Below are positions 1-8,262 of a stretch of 16,554 nucleotides of DNA, in pieces. Each line of letters opens with the position of its first letter. Within the stretch, counting starts at the first letter, position 1. The translations under genes and the position numbers were made by a program. Origin of the DNA: Armatimonadota bacterium (lineage in GTDB: Bacteria > Armatimonadota > Zipacnadia > Zipacnadales > UBA5352). The notes beneath the pieces were generated by a model that worked only from the letters and a program-made list of their open reading frames with translations, had not been told where the DNA came from and searched no databases. The DNA lies in contig JAYENL010000038.1 of the NCBI GenBank assembly GCA_034722055.1, forward strand, positions 97,844 through 114,397, written 5' to 3'.

Positions 1-13
1 GGACTGAACGACA

Positions 14-30
14 GTCGCCCTTCGGGCGAC
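14..30. repeat. GC-rich hairpin GTCGCCC-TTC-GGGCGAC next to a REP
   Basis: Perfect 7-bp inverted repeat with a 3-nt loop. It lies just after a possible upstream stop (GAC TGA at 2-7) and has no U-tract. Confidence 0.5.
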
Positions 31-58
31 GGCCGGCTTGGGAAAGCCGGCCCTCCTG
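31..58 (-). repeat. GGAG-headed REP-like palindrome (TTTCCCAAG family), copy 1
   Basis: Minus strand reads CAGGAG-GGCCGGCTT-TCCC-AAGCCGGCC: tetranucleotide head, 9-bp perfect stem, 4-nt loop. An inverted partner lies at 156-183. Confidence 0.8.
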
Positions 59-155
59 GAAGACGGATCTTGGGCGGCCGGTGAGCGTGCCCGTCAGGTG
101 GGGGGCTTTCCTCGACACGGCGCAGGAGTCTCCAGGCAACGGGGCCCCTGCCGTT

Positions 156-183
156 CAGGAGGTTCGGCTTTCCCAAGCCGAAC
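156..183 (+). repeat. GGAG-headed REP-like palindrome (TTTCCCAAG family), copy 2
   Basis: CAGGAG-GTTCGGCTT-TCCC-AAGCCGAAC has the same head, loop and stem length as 31-58, with two compensatory base-pair swaps. Confidence 0.8.
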
Positions 184-366
184 GTGGGCCGCAGGCCCAC
201 TGCCGTTGCCCAGCCCTTAGATGTTGATACGGAGCCGTCTGATGCCGAAGCATCCAAGGGCTGGGATTGCGATGCCGCAGGCAGAGGTGCCGCCGGCGAG
301 GTGGCGAATGCACTACGACAGGACGAGACCGCTCAGTTGGCGCGTCAGCGAGGAGGTCGCGCAGAG

Positions 367-3300
367 ATGGCACGTCGCCCCCTCGTCAGGTCGATTGTGG
401 TTGCCGCACTGATCCTCGCCACAGGGCTCACCGCCGCCGCTCAGCAGACGCCATCGGAGTATCTTGCGATCCCCGATCCCGCCGGCGAGCCGGCCGTGAC
501 ACAACCGGTTACCGGCGAGGAGTTCATCCAGGAGCAAGGCGGGGCGCACGAGGGGCATCGCGTTCTGCTTGCGCCGGGTCCGCGCTTTGCGATCGGTAGC
601 CCCAGCTACGGAGTGTCGTACCACGCCTGCCTGGATACGGAGAAGCATGGGGCGGGCGGCGAGGTGGTGCCCAAGGAGGGCATGTCGGGGATCGGGGTCA
701 ACGCCCCGACCGGCGCAAACTGGTACGGCGGCGGCTGCATCGACGTGAAGCTGGACGGCCAGTCCGTCGGCGCCTGGCGTCCCGAGCTGCTCTACCAGAG
801 ATGGCCCGACCAGGAGCGCTTCACGGCCGTATACCAGGCGCCGCAGGGCAGCGTGCGGCTGACCTTCGCGCAACTGCGCGACGACGACCGGCTGCTGATC
901 GAGGGGCGCGTGGAGGACGCCGGGTGGGCGCGCGTGGAGGTCGTCCTGCGCTGCTTCCCGGGCGGCTTCCGCGGCGAGCGGCAGCGCTTCGCGGTCCCCG
1001 CCGAGCGCCGCCAGCCGGCCCGGGGGAGGCTGATGCTGCGGCCGGCTGAGCCGTGGGTGCTGTTCGCCGATGAGGCCATGGACCTGGCGGTGGATGAGGG
1101 CAGCCGGGGCTGCGGCGCCGCCATGTTCGCTCCCGCCCAGGTGCAGTCGGCCACGGCCCGCGTCGAGGAGTACCCGACCTATCTCGAGATCACCTACCCC
1201 GCGGGGACCAGCGCGTTCCACCTGGCCCTGTGGGAGTTCCCGGAGAGCACCAACGCAGAGGCCCTGGCGCACATGCAGGAGGTGGACGGTATGTTGGACA
1301 AGAGCGCCAGCGTCCTGCTGCCGGCAGCGGAGCCCGTGCAGATCGAGGCCGATCCTGGGATGCTGGCCACCGGCGGTGAGGCCGCGGCCACCATCGTCCT
1401 CCCGGACGACCCCTCAGATGAGCTCCTCTACGCCGCGCGCAAGCTCCGGCACTACCTGGAGCAGATGAGCGGCGCCCTCCTGCCGGTGGCGCTGGAGGGC
1501 GAGGAGGTGCACGGCAATCGCATCCTGCTGGGCGCATCCGGGGCCGCCGCCCAGGCCGGCGCCCAGGTCCCGGAGGACCTGCAGGACGAGGAGTACGTCA
1601 TCCGCACCGCCGGAGGCGACCTCGTGATCGAGGGCGGCTCGGACCTGGGCAGCTTCTACGGCGTCTGCGGCCTGCTGGAGGACCATCTCGGCGTCCGCTG
1701 GTACGTTCCCGGCGATCCCCTCGGCGACTGCGTGCCGAGGGTGGAGGACCTTGCGGTGGAACAGATCGACGACCGCCGCGGCCCCTCCTTCCCCATGCGC
1801 TGGATCGGCAACGGCCTCTGGGCGAACATGAACCGACAGAATCGGGGCGGCGACGGCCTCGAGGCGGGCTTCAAGATCGAGCCCGGCATCTATCACACCC
1901 AGAACCGACTCCTGCCCCACTCCGAGTACTTCGACGAGCACCCGGAGTACTTCGCGCTCATCGACGGCGAGCGGTCGGAGAAGAGGCACTGCAAGCTCTG
2001 TTACTCCAATCCTGACGTCGCCAAGGCCGTGGCCGGGAGCATGGCGGAGATGCTGGAGGCCGACCCCAGCATCGACCTCCTCTCATTCTCCCCCACCGAC
2101 GGCCAGATGTGGTGCGAGTGCCCCCAGTGCACCGCCATGGACGAGGAGGACGTCCCCAGGGACCAGAGCAAGTCGCGGCGGAGCCTCATCTTCTACAACC
2201 GCGTCGCCCAGGAGCTGCGCAAGACCCACCCGGAGGCGAGGATCCTGGTGGGCGCCTACAACGACTACAACTGGCCGCCGGCCGACGAGTCCATCACGGC
2301 CGATCCCATGCTGTCGGTGATCATCACCCACTACGAGGACTACTGCATGGCCCATCCGGTGCCCGATCCCGATTGTCCCCGCAATCAGCGCTACGTCGAG
2401 CTGGTCCACGCATGGCAGGACCTGGGATGCGACGTCTACTACTACGAGTACTACAACAAGAGCAACTGGTCCAGCCTCCCCTGGCCCATCGTGCACTCCA
2501 TCAAGGAGGATATGCCCTGGTACGACGAGCAGGGCCACAAGGGCGTCTACACCCAGTTCACCACCCACAACGCCTGGACGCTCTACCCCGCCTACTACGT
2601 GGCGGCCAAGCTCATGTGGGACGTCGATGCCGACGTGGACGCCATCTTCGACGAGATGTGCAACCGCCTCTACGGCCCCGCCGGCCCTCACATGCGCGAG
2701 TACTACCGCGTCCAGGAGGAGCAGATGGCCACCTGCGGCCAGCACTTCCCGGGGCACAGCGTGACCGCCGGCCGCTGGGTCTTTACGGCTGAGGTGCTGG
2801 CGGCGATGGGGGAGGCCCTCCAGCGCGCCCACGCCGCCACCGACGATGAGCTCATTCAGCGGCGACTGGCGAAGATCGACCTGTCGTACGAGTACACGCG
2901 GCGGCTGATCCAGTTCGCCACCCTCCGGCACGCCGCCTACAACGAGGAGGATCCCGCGGACGCCCTCGCGGCGCGCGAGCGGGCGCTGCAGACCTACGAC
3001 AGCCTGCTGGCCGACATGACCGAGGACCCCGGCCGGTGGCGAGGGGTGGTCAACGGCAAGGCCACGCTCAACTACCCCTTCGTCAGGAGGCGATACGAGT
3101 GGCTGCAGCAGCACCTGGAGGGGCTGCGGGCCCGGCAGGCCCAGCAGCTTCAGGACCTCGCCGGCGGCTGGCGCTTCCGCCTCGACCCCGAGGACGTCGG
3201 CGTGGATCAGGAGTGGTTCGCCCCGGACCTCGATGACTCGGGGTGGGAACCGATCGAGATCGGCAAGCCCTGGGAGGAGCAGGGCCATCCGGCCTACGAC

Positions 3301-3579
3301 GGCTTCGCCTGGTACCGCCGCGACCTGACGATCGAGGCCGAATGGCTGGAGAGGGAGGCCGAGATCACCTTCTGGGGCGTTGACGGTGAGGCCTGGGTGT
3401 ATCTCAACGGGACGCTGCTGGGCCATCACGAGGGCTGGCATGAGCCCTTCAGCGTCCCGCTGAAGCCGGATGTGGCCCGGGCGGGCGAGCAGAACGTGCT
3501 GGCCGTGCGAGTCTGGGACGGCTCCAACCAGGGCGGCATCTATCGCAAGGTGGCGATCACCGCCCCCGCCGGGGACTGA
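367..3579 (+). CDS. Secreted multidomain DUF4838-family protein (putative glycoside hydrolase) with C-terminal GH2-type sugar-binding jelly roll, 1070 aa
   Basis: AGGAGGT RBS at 351-357 precedes ATG 367, followed by a signal peptide (MARRPLVRSIVVAALILATGLTAAA). GH20/GH67-N-like domain (ATIVLP...AARKLRHYLEQMSG...EEYVIRT...GSFYGVCGLLEDHLGVRWY). DUF4838-like motifs (HPEYFALIDGER, LCYSNPDV, SPTDG..WCECPQC). C-terminal WRFRLDP...YDGFAWYRR...GVDGEAWVYLNG...LAVRVWD..GGIYRKV. Families recognised by eye. Confidence 0.85.
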   Translation: MARRPLVRSIVVAALILATGLTAAAQQTPSEYLAIPDPAGEPAVTQPVTGEEFIQEQGGAHEGHRVLLAPGPRFAIGSPSYGVSYHACLDTEKHGAGGEVVPKEGMSGIGVNAPTGANWYGGGCIDVKLDGQSVGAWRPELLYQRWPDQERFTAVYQAPQGSVRLTFAQLRDDDRLLIEGRVEDAGWARVEVVLRCFPGGFRGERQRFAVPAERRQPARGRLMLRPAEPWVLFADEAMDLAVDEGSRGCGAAMFAPAQVQSATARVEEYPTYLEITYPAGTSAFHLALWEFPESTNAEALAHMQEVDGMLDKSASVLLPAAEPVQIEADPGMLATGGEAAATIVLPDDPSDELLYAARKLRHYLEQMSGALLPVALEGEEVHGNRILLGASGAAAQAGAQVPEDLQDEEYVIRTAGGDLVIEGGSDLGSFYGVCGLLEDHLGVRWYVPGDPLGDCVPRVEDLAVEQIDDRRGPSFPMRWIGNGLWANMNRQNRGGDGLEAGFKIEPGIYHTQNRLLPHSEYFDEHPEYFALIDGERSEKRHCKLCYSNPDVAKAVAGSMAEMLEADPSIDLLSFSPTDGQMWCECPQCTAMDEEDVPRDQSKSRRSLIFYNRVAQELRKTHPEARILVGAYNDYNWPPADESITADPMLSVIITHYEDYCMAHPVPDPDCPRNQRYVELVHAWQDLGCDVYYYEYYNKSNWSSLPWPIVHSIKEDMPWYDEQGHKGVYTQFTTHNAWTLYPAYYVAAKLMWDVDADVDAIFDEMCNRLYGPAGPHMREYYRVQEEQMATCGQHFPGHSVTAGRWVFTAEVLAAMGEALQRAHAATDDELIQRRLAKIDLSYEYTRRLIQFATLRHAAYNEEDPADALAARERALQTYDSLLADMTEDPGRWRGVVNGKATLNYPFVRRRYEWLQQHLEGLRARQAQQLQDLAGGWRFRLDPEDVGVDQEWFAPDLDDSGWEPIEIGKPWEEQGHPAYDGFAWYRRDLTIEAEWLEREAEITFWGVDGEAWVYLNGTLLGHHEGWHEPFSVPLKPDVARAGEQNVLAVRVWDGSNQGGIYRKVAITAPAGD

Positions 3580-3706
3580 GGCCCCCGCGGCTGCGAATTC
3601 CGAGTGTCGGTAGAATGCGCGGGCGAGGGCGCCCGGGCCCCAGTACTTACCTGGGTTGCAGGCGCTCCACCCGCGACCGGCAATCTAAGGCGAGACCCAT
3701 CCCCGG

Positions 3707-6016
3707 CTACAGCTCTGCGCTCCACAGATGCGAGCCCACCGCGAAGTACACGCGGCCGTCCAGGACCGCGATGCCTCCGCCGATGGCTCCCGGAGCATCG
3801 GCGATCTTCCTGAGACTGCAAGCAGTCTCCATGTGGTACGTGCCGGGCTCGATCCTGAGAACCGCCTTGCGCAGCACCAGATAGATGCTTCCGTCCGGGC
3901 CGGCCGTCATGGGGCGGTAGGGAACTGAGCCATAAACGTCCAGGCTGCGGCTGTGGATGACCTCGCGCGTGCGCGGGTCGAACACAAAGAGCGTGGAGTC
4001 CGAGCCGACGCAGTAGAGGTTGCCATCAGGCCCCGTCGTCACCGCGTTGATCGTGGCCAGCCCCGGAATGGGTGTTACGCGCCACTGGACCTGCTTGGTC
4101 TCCCAGTCGAGGAGGTAGAGGACGGCCTCCTCGGCCACGGGCGTGGTGCCGTGCCCGCCGCTGATTGAGGTGCAGCCGATGACGTCCCCACTCGGCAGCG
4201 CTGCCATGTCCCGGGTCATCTGGTTCTCCACCAGGTCCGTGTGTCGCAGCAGCAGGTTCTCGCCGCTGCTGAGGCTGTGGATGGCGACGCCCCCGCCAAT
4301 GAAGCCGTAGCCGGGGTTGCCGGAGATGAGCACATGATCCCCGTCGGGATGCGCCAGCGCCCCCCAGGGCACGTTGATGTCCGGCGCGAACGCTCCCACC
4401 AGTCGCGGGTTGGGCGTGGGTGGGGCGAGGGCCTCATCGTCAGGCGGCTCCTCGGTCAGCGCAACGGCCCGCACCGAGAGCCACGGATTCTCGCTGCCGC
4501 CATCCACGGTCCGAATCGACACCCGGTGCTCGCCGGCCGCGACGTCGAATGGCCCCAGGCTCAGGATCGGGCCCGGGCCGACGGCCGGAGCTCGCGGGTC
4601 GAAGGGCTCCCCCACCTTCTCGCCGTCCAGCAGCACCTGGCCCCTGCAGTAGCTGGGTGCATGGTACGTGCCGATCAGCAGGTAATACCGCCCCTGCTGC
4701 GGCACGCCGACCGGGAGATGAAGCTCGCTGCCGTAGTCCTCGCCCTTGAGGAAGACCACCTCGTGACCGTCGAGGTAGATGGCTCTGCCCCCGTCCGCCT
4801 CCGCAACGGCCGCCAGGGACTCGGCGTCGAGCGCACCCTCGATTCGCGGCGCCCCCGGGTGCATATTCCACGGGCGGGTGGTGTCGAAGACGTAGAGCTT
4901 CCCGCCGCCGTAGTGGCCGCCGAAGACGTACTTCCCCTGCACGCCGAAGCCCTTCAGTGCGATAGGATCGGGCTCGTGGTGCAGCTCATCCGCTTCCGGA
5001 TCGTAGACGATGAAGCGTGACGGGTGGGCGGAGTTGGCGTAGACGCGCCCGTCCGGCCCGGCAACGACGACGCGGATGGCGCTGCCCTCGGACTGGTAGT
5101 CGAAGTCGATCCTGGCGGTCTCGGCGGCCTCAGGGTCCCGAACGGTCAGATAACGCTCCACCATGTTGTAGGCCGCGACCTCTCGGCCGTCGGGGAATGC
5201 CGCCTTCACATCGCCCCAGTAGATGTCGCCCATGTCCAGCTCGGTGGCGACCTCGGACGCCTCGATCTTCACGCCCTCCCCGCCGCTGAGGCGGTACCAC
5301 TGCTCGCCGGCGCGGCCGTAGGCGTTGCCATCGATGCCGGTCTGCACGTAGGCGGTGCCGATACCCAGCTCATCCTCAGGGACGATCTGACGCTTCTCTC
5401 CGGCCTCGGGGTTATAGGCGACGATCTTCCAGGCCCCGGTGCCGATGCCGCAGTAGAGCCAGCCGGCGTCGTCGTAGGCCAGGTGGGAGAGGTACTTCTC
5501 CCTCTCGTCCATCGGCCCGTGATCCGCCGTCTCGCCCGTCGCCGGATCATAGGACACCAGCCCGGCGCGGTAGACGTCGCCGGCCCAGATGACCCCGTCA
5601 GGCCCCTCGATGATGCGCAGGAAGGAACTGGCCGGCTCGAACCTGTGCTGGAAGGTCCACTGCCGCGATGTGGGGTCGAACTCCAGCAGAACGTCGCCCA
5701 TGCCGGTATAGAACCTGCCGGAGCGGGCGACCAGGCTCCCGTAGGGCGCGGAGGCGGGGACGCCCTCCGGAGCGTAGATCTGCTCCGTCTCCCCGCTGTC
5801 GATGTCGGTGACCAGGATCCATCCGCGAGGCGAAAGGTCGGTGCTGCAGGCGATGACCAGGTTCCGGCCATTCGCGTCCTGCACGCCCACCACGCCCCGC
5901 CTCTCCGCCAGCGGCGTGCCCACCCCATGGTCGATGAGGTCCTGAGCGCCCGCCGCCGTGCTCAAAAGCAGCAGCATGGCGACAACTGAGCATGTGGTCC
6001 CGATGGCGTCGTGCAT
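3707..6016 (-). CDS. Secreted beta-propeller protein with an internal carbohydrate-binding-like jelly-roll insertion, 769 aa
   Basis: GGAAGGTG RBS-like sequence upstream and a signal peptide ending ...STAAGA-Q. Repeated blade motifs (GPDGVIWAG, SYDPATGE, GPDGRVYA, GPDGNLYC, VFDPRTRE, GPDGSIYL). Confidence 0.8.
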   Translation of the reverse strand: MHDAIGTTCSVVAMLLLLSTAAGAQDLIDHGVGTPLAERRGVVGVQDANGRNLVIACSTDLSPRGWILVTDIDSGETEQIYAPEGVPASAPYGSLVARSGRFYTGMGDVLLEFDPTSRQWTFQHRFEPASSFLRIIEGPDGVIWAGDVYRAGLVSYDPATGETADHGPMDEREKYLSHLAYDDAGWLYCGIGTGAWKIVAYNPEAGEKRQIVPEDELGIGTAYVQTGIDGNAYGRAGEQWYRLSGGEGVKIEASEVATELDMGDIYWGDVKAAFPDGREVAAYNMVERYLTVRDPEAAETARIDFDYQSEGSAIRVVVAGPDGRVYANSAHPSRFIVYDPEADELHHEPDPIALKGFGVQGKYVFGGHYGGGKLYVFDTTRPWNMHPGAPRIEGALDAESLAAVAEADGGRAIYLDGHEVVFLKGEDYGSELHLPVGVPQQGRYYLLIGTYHAPSYCRGQVLLDGEKVGEPFDPRAPAVGPGPILSLGPFDVAAGEHRVSIRTVDGGSENPWLSVRAVALTEEPPDDEALAPPTPNPRLVGAFAPDINVPWGALAHPDGDHVLISGNPGYGFIGGGVAIHSLSSGENLLLRHTDLVENQMTRDMAALPSGDVIGCTSISGGHGTTPVAEEAVLYLLDWETKQVQWRVTPIPGLATINAVTTGPDGNLYCVGSDSTLFVFDPRTREVIHSRSLDVYGSVPYRPMTAGPDGSIYLVLRKAVLRIEPGTYHMETACSLRKIADAPGAIGGGIAVLDGRVYFAVGSHLWSAEL

Positions 6017-6103
6017 GGCAGTCGCACCTTCCCTGGATCGCGGTCGCGCCGACGCCGGCCGTGGAGGCGTTCTCTCGCCCTACCGACTTGGGCATTAAAC
6101 ATG

Positions 6104-6172
6104 CCGTTCAGTGGCACGGACACTCCTGTCCGTGCGCCGTTCCCGTTGTCGGGCTGGAAGCCCGACCTACGC
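6104..6172 (+). repeat. 69-bp composite REP doublet, copy 1 (GTGG-REP on +, GTAG-REP on -)
   Basis: GTG-GCACGGACA-CTCC-TGTCCGTGC (9-bp stem, 6114-6135) followed by GTCGGGCT-GGA-AGCCCGAC-CTAC (8-bp stem, 6148-6170). 67/69 identical to 6316-6384. Confidence 0.9.
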
Positions 6173-6186
6173 GAGGGATGGAGCTG

Positions 6187-6224
6187 ACGGCGGGCCGGAC
6201 AGTGGTCCGGCCCCTCCATACGGC
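6187..6224 (-). repeat. GGAG-headed REP-like palindrome (38 bp), copy 1
   Basis: ACGGC-GGGCCGGAC-AGTG-GTCCGGCCC-CTCCATACGGC with a 9-bp stem. An identical 38-mer lies at 11884-11921. Confidence 0.9.
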
Positions 6225-6315
6225 GCCGACGACAGCGCCGCAGCAGCCAGTCACGCCCCCATGCGGTCAATGCTCTTCCAGGCCGGCGCCGCTTGCCGTC
6301 CTCCACTGCCGGCAT

Positions 6316-6384
6316 CCGTTCAGTGGCACGGACACTCCTGTCCGTGCGCTGTTCCCATTGTCGGGCTGGAAGCCCGACCTACGC
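6316..6384 (+). repeat. 69-bp composite REP doublet, copy 2
   Basis: Direct repeat of 6104-6172 at an offset of 212 bp. The two mismatches are both in the linker between the hairpins. Confidence 0.9.
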
Positions 6385-6483
6385 CAGTGCATCGTTTCCC
6401 GGCTGTCCGAACGATGGACCACTCTCAGCAGTACTGTTTTCGGATCCCGCGCCCCGGTGTCTCCGGGGAGGAACAGACGCTGG

Positions 6484-7128
6484 CTATCGCTCCTCCAGCG
6501 CGACGGCCCGAGCGAAGCTGCTGTCCATCGCGAAGGCGACCGGCAGGGACATGAAGAAGCATCGATCGCGCCGCAGCTCGTCGAGGACCGCGAACTCCAC
6601 GATGCAGATGTCGCGTGACATTACGACGTCGTGCAGCTCGCGCGTATGCGGCACGTCCTCGCCGAGGCCGAACCAGCAGTCGATCACGAGCAGCTTCACC
6701 TCGTGCTCGACCATCCAGTGCGCTGCGTCCGGGGTCAGCGTGGGGATGCCCTCCATGGTCTCACGAGTGTCATGCACGCCGTTGCGGCACAGCAGGATGT
6801 ATCCCGGCTCCAGGACGTCCGAGAGGTGGCGGTCCAGCACCTCGCCGGTGACCACGCGCTCCGAGGCGTCATCGATTGACAGCAGCGCGGCGGGGCCGAA
6901 GAAGCGATCCAGCGGCACCTCCGTGATGGACGCGCCCTGCTCGTAGAAGTGCGCGGGGGCCTCCACGTGCGTTCCCACGTGGGAGTGCAGCCTGGAGATG
7001 TCCGTCTTGAAGGTGTCGTCGGCCAGGCGGCCAATCGTCACCTCCAGGGGTCGCTCTTCGGTGCCGGGCGGCTCTATCGTCACAGAGAGATCCACCAGCC
7101 GATAGCGCTGCAGGTCGAGGCTGAACAT
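6484..7128 (-). CDS. Cyclase family (kynurenine formamidase/KynB-like) metal-dependent hydrolase, 214 aa
   Basis: AAGGAG RBS before ATG 7128 (MFSLDLQRYRLVDLSVTI). HVGTHVEAPAH matches the HxGTHxDxPxH family motif with D replaced by E. Also VPLDRFFGPAALL, LTPDAAHWM and C-terminal IVE...LP...D.S..RAVA. Confidence 0.85.
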   Translation of the reverse strand: MFSLDLQRYRLVDLSVTIEPPGTEERPLEVTIGRLADDTFKTDISRLHSHVGTHVEAPAHFYEQGASITEVPLDRFFGPAALLSIDDASERVVTGEVLDRHLSDVLEPGYILLCRNGVHDTRETMEGIPTLTPDAAHWMVEHEVKLLVIDCWFGLGEDVPHTRELHDVVMSRDICIVEFAVLDELRRDRCFFMSLPVAFAMDSSFARAVALEER

Positions 7129-7285
7129 GGTCGAATGCTCCTTTCCGCAGGCGCGGGCGCTCGTGCCGCTCCGTTCGACGCCCCGCGGGGCTGGACCTGC
7201 GACCGGAGGGGTAGGGGTGGCCGGTGGGTCAGCCCGAGAGCAGAGGGAACATCTCGCCAGAGCATCGGGCGTACAGGAGGCCGTC

Positions 7286-8215
7286 ATGCTGGACAGAGAG
7301 CAGCTCACCGGCCCGTGGGCAGGGTTGCCGATCGCGTGGACCGAGGACGACGAGTTCGACGAGGCCACCTACCGCACGGACGTGGCGCGATGCTGCCAGG
7401 CCGGGGTGCCTGGCGTCTACACCTGCGGGACGACGGGGGAGTTCTATGCGCTGGAGCTCGAGGAGTTCCGCGCGGTCACCGACGCGACCATCGAGGAGTG
7501 CCGGAGCGCCGGCACGCCGGTGATGATCGGCTGCACCTCCACCTTCACGCGAGGCGCCATCCGCCGCGCCCGCTATGCCGCGGAGCGGGGCGCCGACGCT
7601 ATCCAGCTTGCCCTCCCCTTCTGGATGGAGGTTCCGGACGCGGAGGTGGTGCCGTTCTTCGAGCAGGTCTCGGCGGCGGTGCCGGGCATGCCCATCACCA
7701 TCTACGAGACGCTGCGCTCCAAGAAGGCCATCAGCCTCGAGATGCACCGGCGGATCCATGAGGCGGTGCCGGCGGTCATCGGCGTGAAGGCGAATGCCGG
7801 GACGGTCGGGCGCACCCCGGAGGGCTGCGCCGCCATCAGCGAGCTCTGCAACGTCTTCGTGTCGGAGAGCGCCTGGACGGAGCTGGGGCCTCACGGCGCC
7901 ATCGGCTCCTGCAGCGCCCTCGTCTACCAGAACCCGCGGATCATCCTGCAGGCGTTCGACCTCCTGCGCCAGCAGCGGTGGGAGGAGCTGCGGGTGTGGA
8001 CGGACAGGTTCGACCGCCTGGTCGCCGAGGGCCTGAAGCCCGTCATCGATGCGGGCTGCACCGACAGCGCCATCGACCGCCTGCTGGGGCGCAGCGCCGG
8101 CTTCCTGCACACCAGCCTGCGCTGCCGGGGGCCCTACCCCGCCGCCACCCCGGAGCTGCTGGAGGGCTTCCGGGAGTGGCTGCGGGCGAATATGCCCGAG
8201 TTCCTGGAGCTGTGA
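7286..8215 (+). CDS. Dihydrodipicolinate synthase/N-acetylneuraminate lyase (DapA/NanA) family class I aldolase, 309 aa
   Basis: AGGAGG RBS at 7275-7280 and ATG 7286. GTTGE pyruvate-binding motif, GADAIQLALPFW, catalytic Tyr in ITIYET and Schiff-base Lys in IGVKAN. Context does not suggest true DapA. Confidence 0.88.
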   Translation: MLDREQLTGPWAGLPIAWTEDDEFDEATYRTDVARCCQAGVPGVYTCGTTGEFYALELEEFRAVTDATIEECRSAGTPVMIGCTSTFTRGAIRRARYAAERGADAIQLALPFWMEVPDAEVVPFFEQVSAAVPGMPITIYETLRSKKAISLEMHRRIHEAVPAVIGVKANAGTVGRTPEGCAAISELCNVFVSESAWTELGPHGAIGSCSALVYQNPRIILQAFDLLRQQRWEELRVWTDRFDRLVAEGLKPVIDAGCTDSAIDRLLGRSAGFLHTSLRCRGPYPAATPELLEGFREWLRANMPEFLEL

Positions 8216-8262
8216 GACGCGATCCATCGTCGTGCGGCCTGCACTGACGAGGGGAGACCGTC

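Noticed and set aside
1..10. GGACTGAACG matching the reverse complement of 10563-10572
   Set aside because: A 10-bp match around a GAC-TGA gene end is plausible by chance and does not extend.
184..366. N-terminal extension of the 184..3579 ORF
   Set aside because: A strong RBS and signal peptide define the start at 367, and the extension starts at the edge of a REP.
6104..6384. CRISPR array interpretation of the palindromic direct repeats
   Set aside because: Only two 69-bp copies with a 143-bp gap that itself contains a REP, and no cas genes. The architecture matches REP/BIME.
6452..6468. Hairpin CCCCGG-TGTCT-CCGGGG as terminator of the cyclase gene
   Set aside because: Short stem with no U-tract on the minus strand.
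5962..6946. ORFs 5992..6618, 6111..6554, 6293..6946 and 5962..6315 with repeated peptides
   Set aside because: The peptide repeats simply translate the REP doublets. They have no RBS or family motifs.
7205..7228. G-rich tract GGAGGGGTAGGGGTGGCCGGTGGG as a G-quadruplex in the divergent promoter region
   Set aside because: Only three runs of three or more G, which is unremarkable at this GC content.
7129..7368. Overlapping extended starts of the cyclase (7368) and aldolase (7127) ORFs
   Set aside because: RBS-supported starts at 7128 (-) and 7286 (+) remove the overlap.
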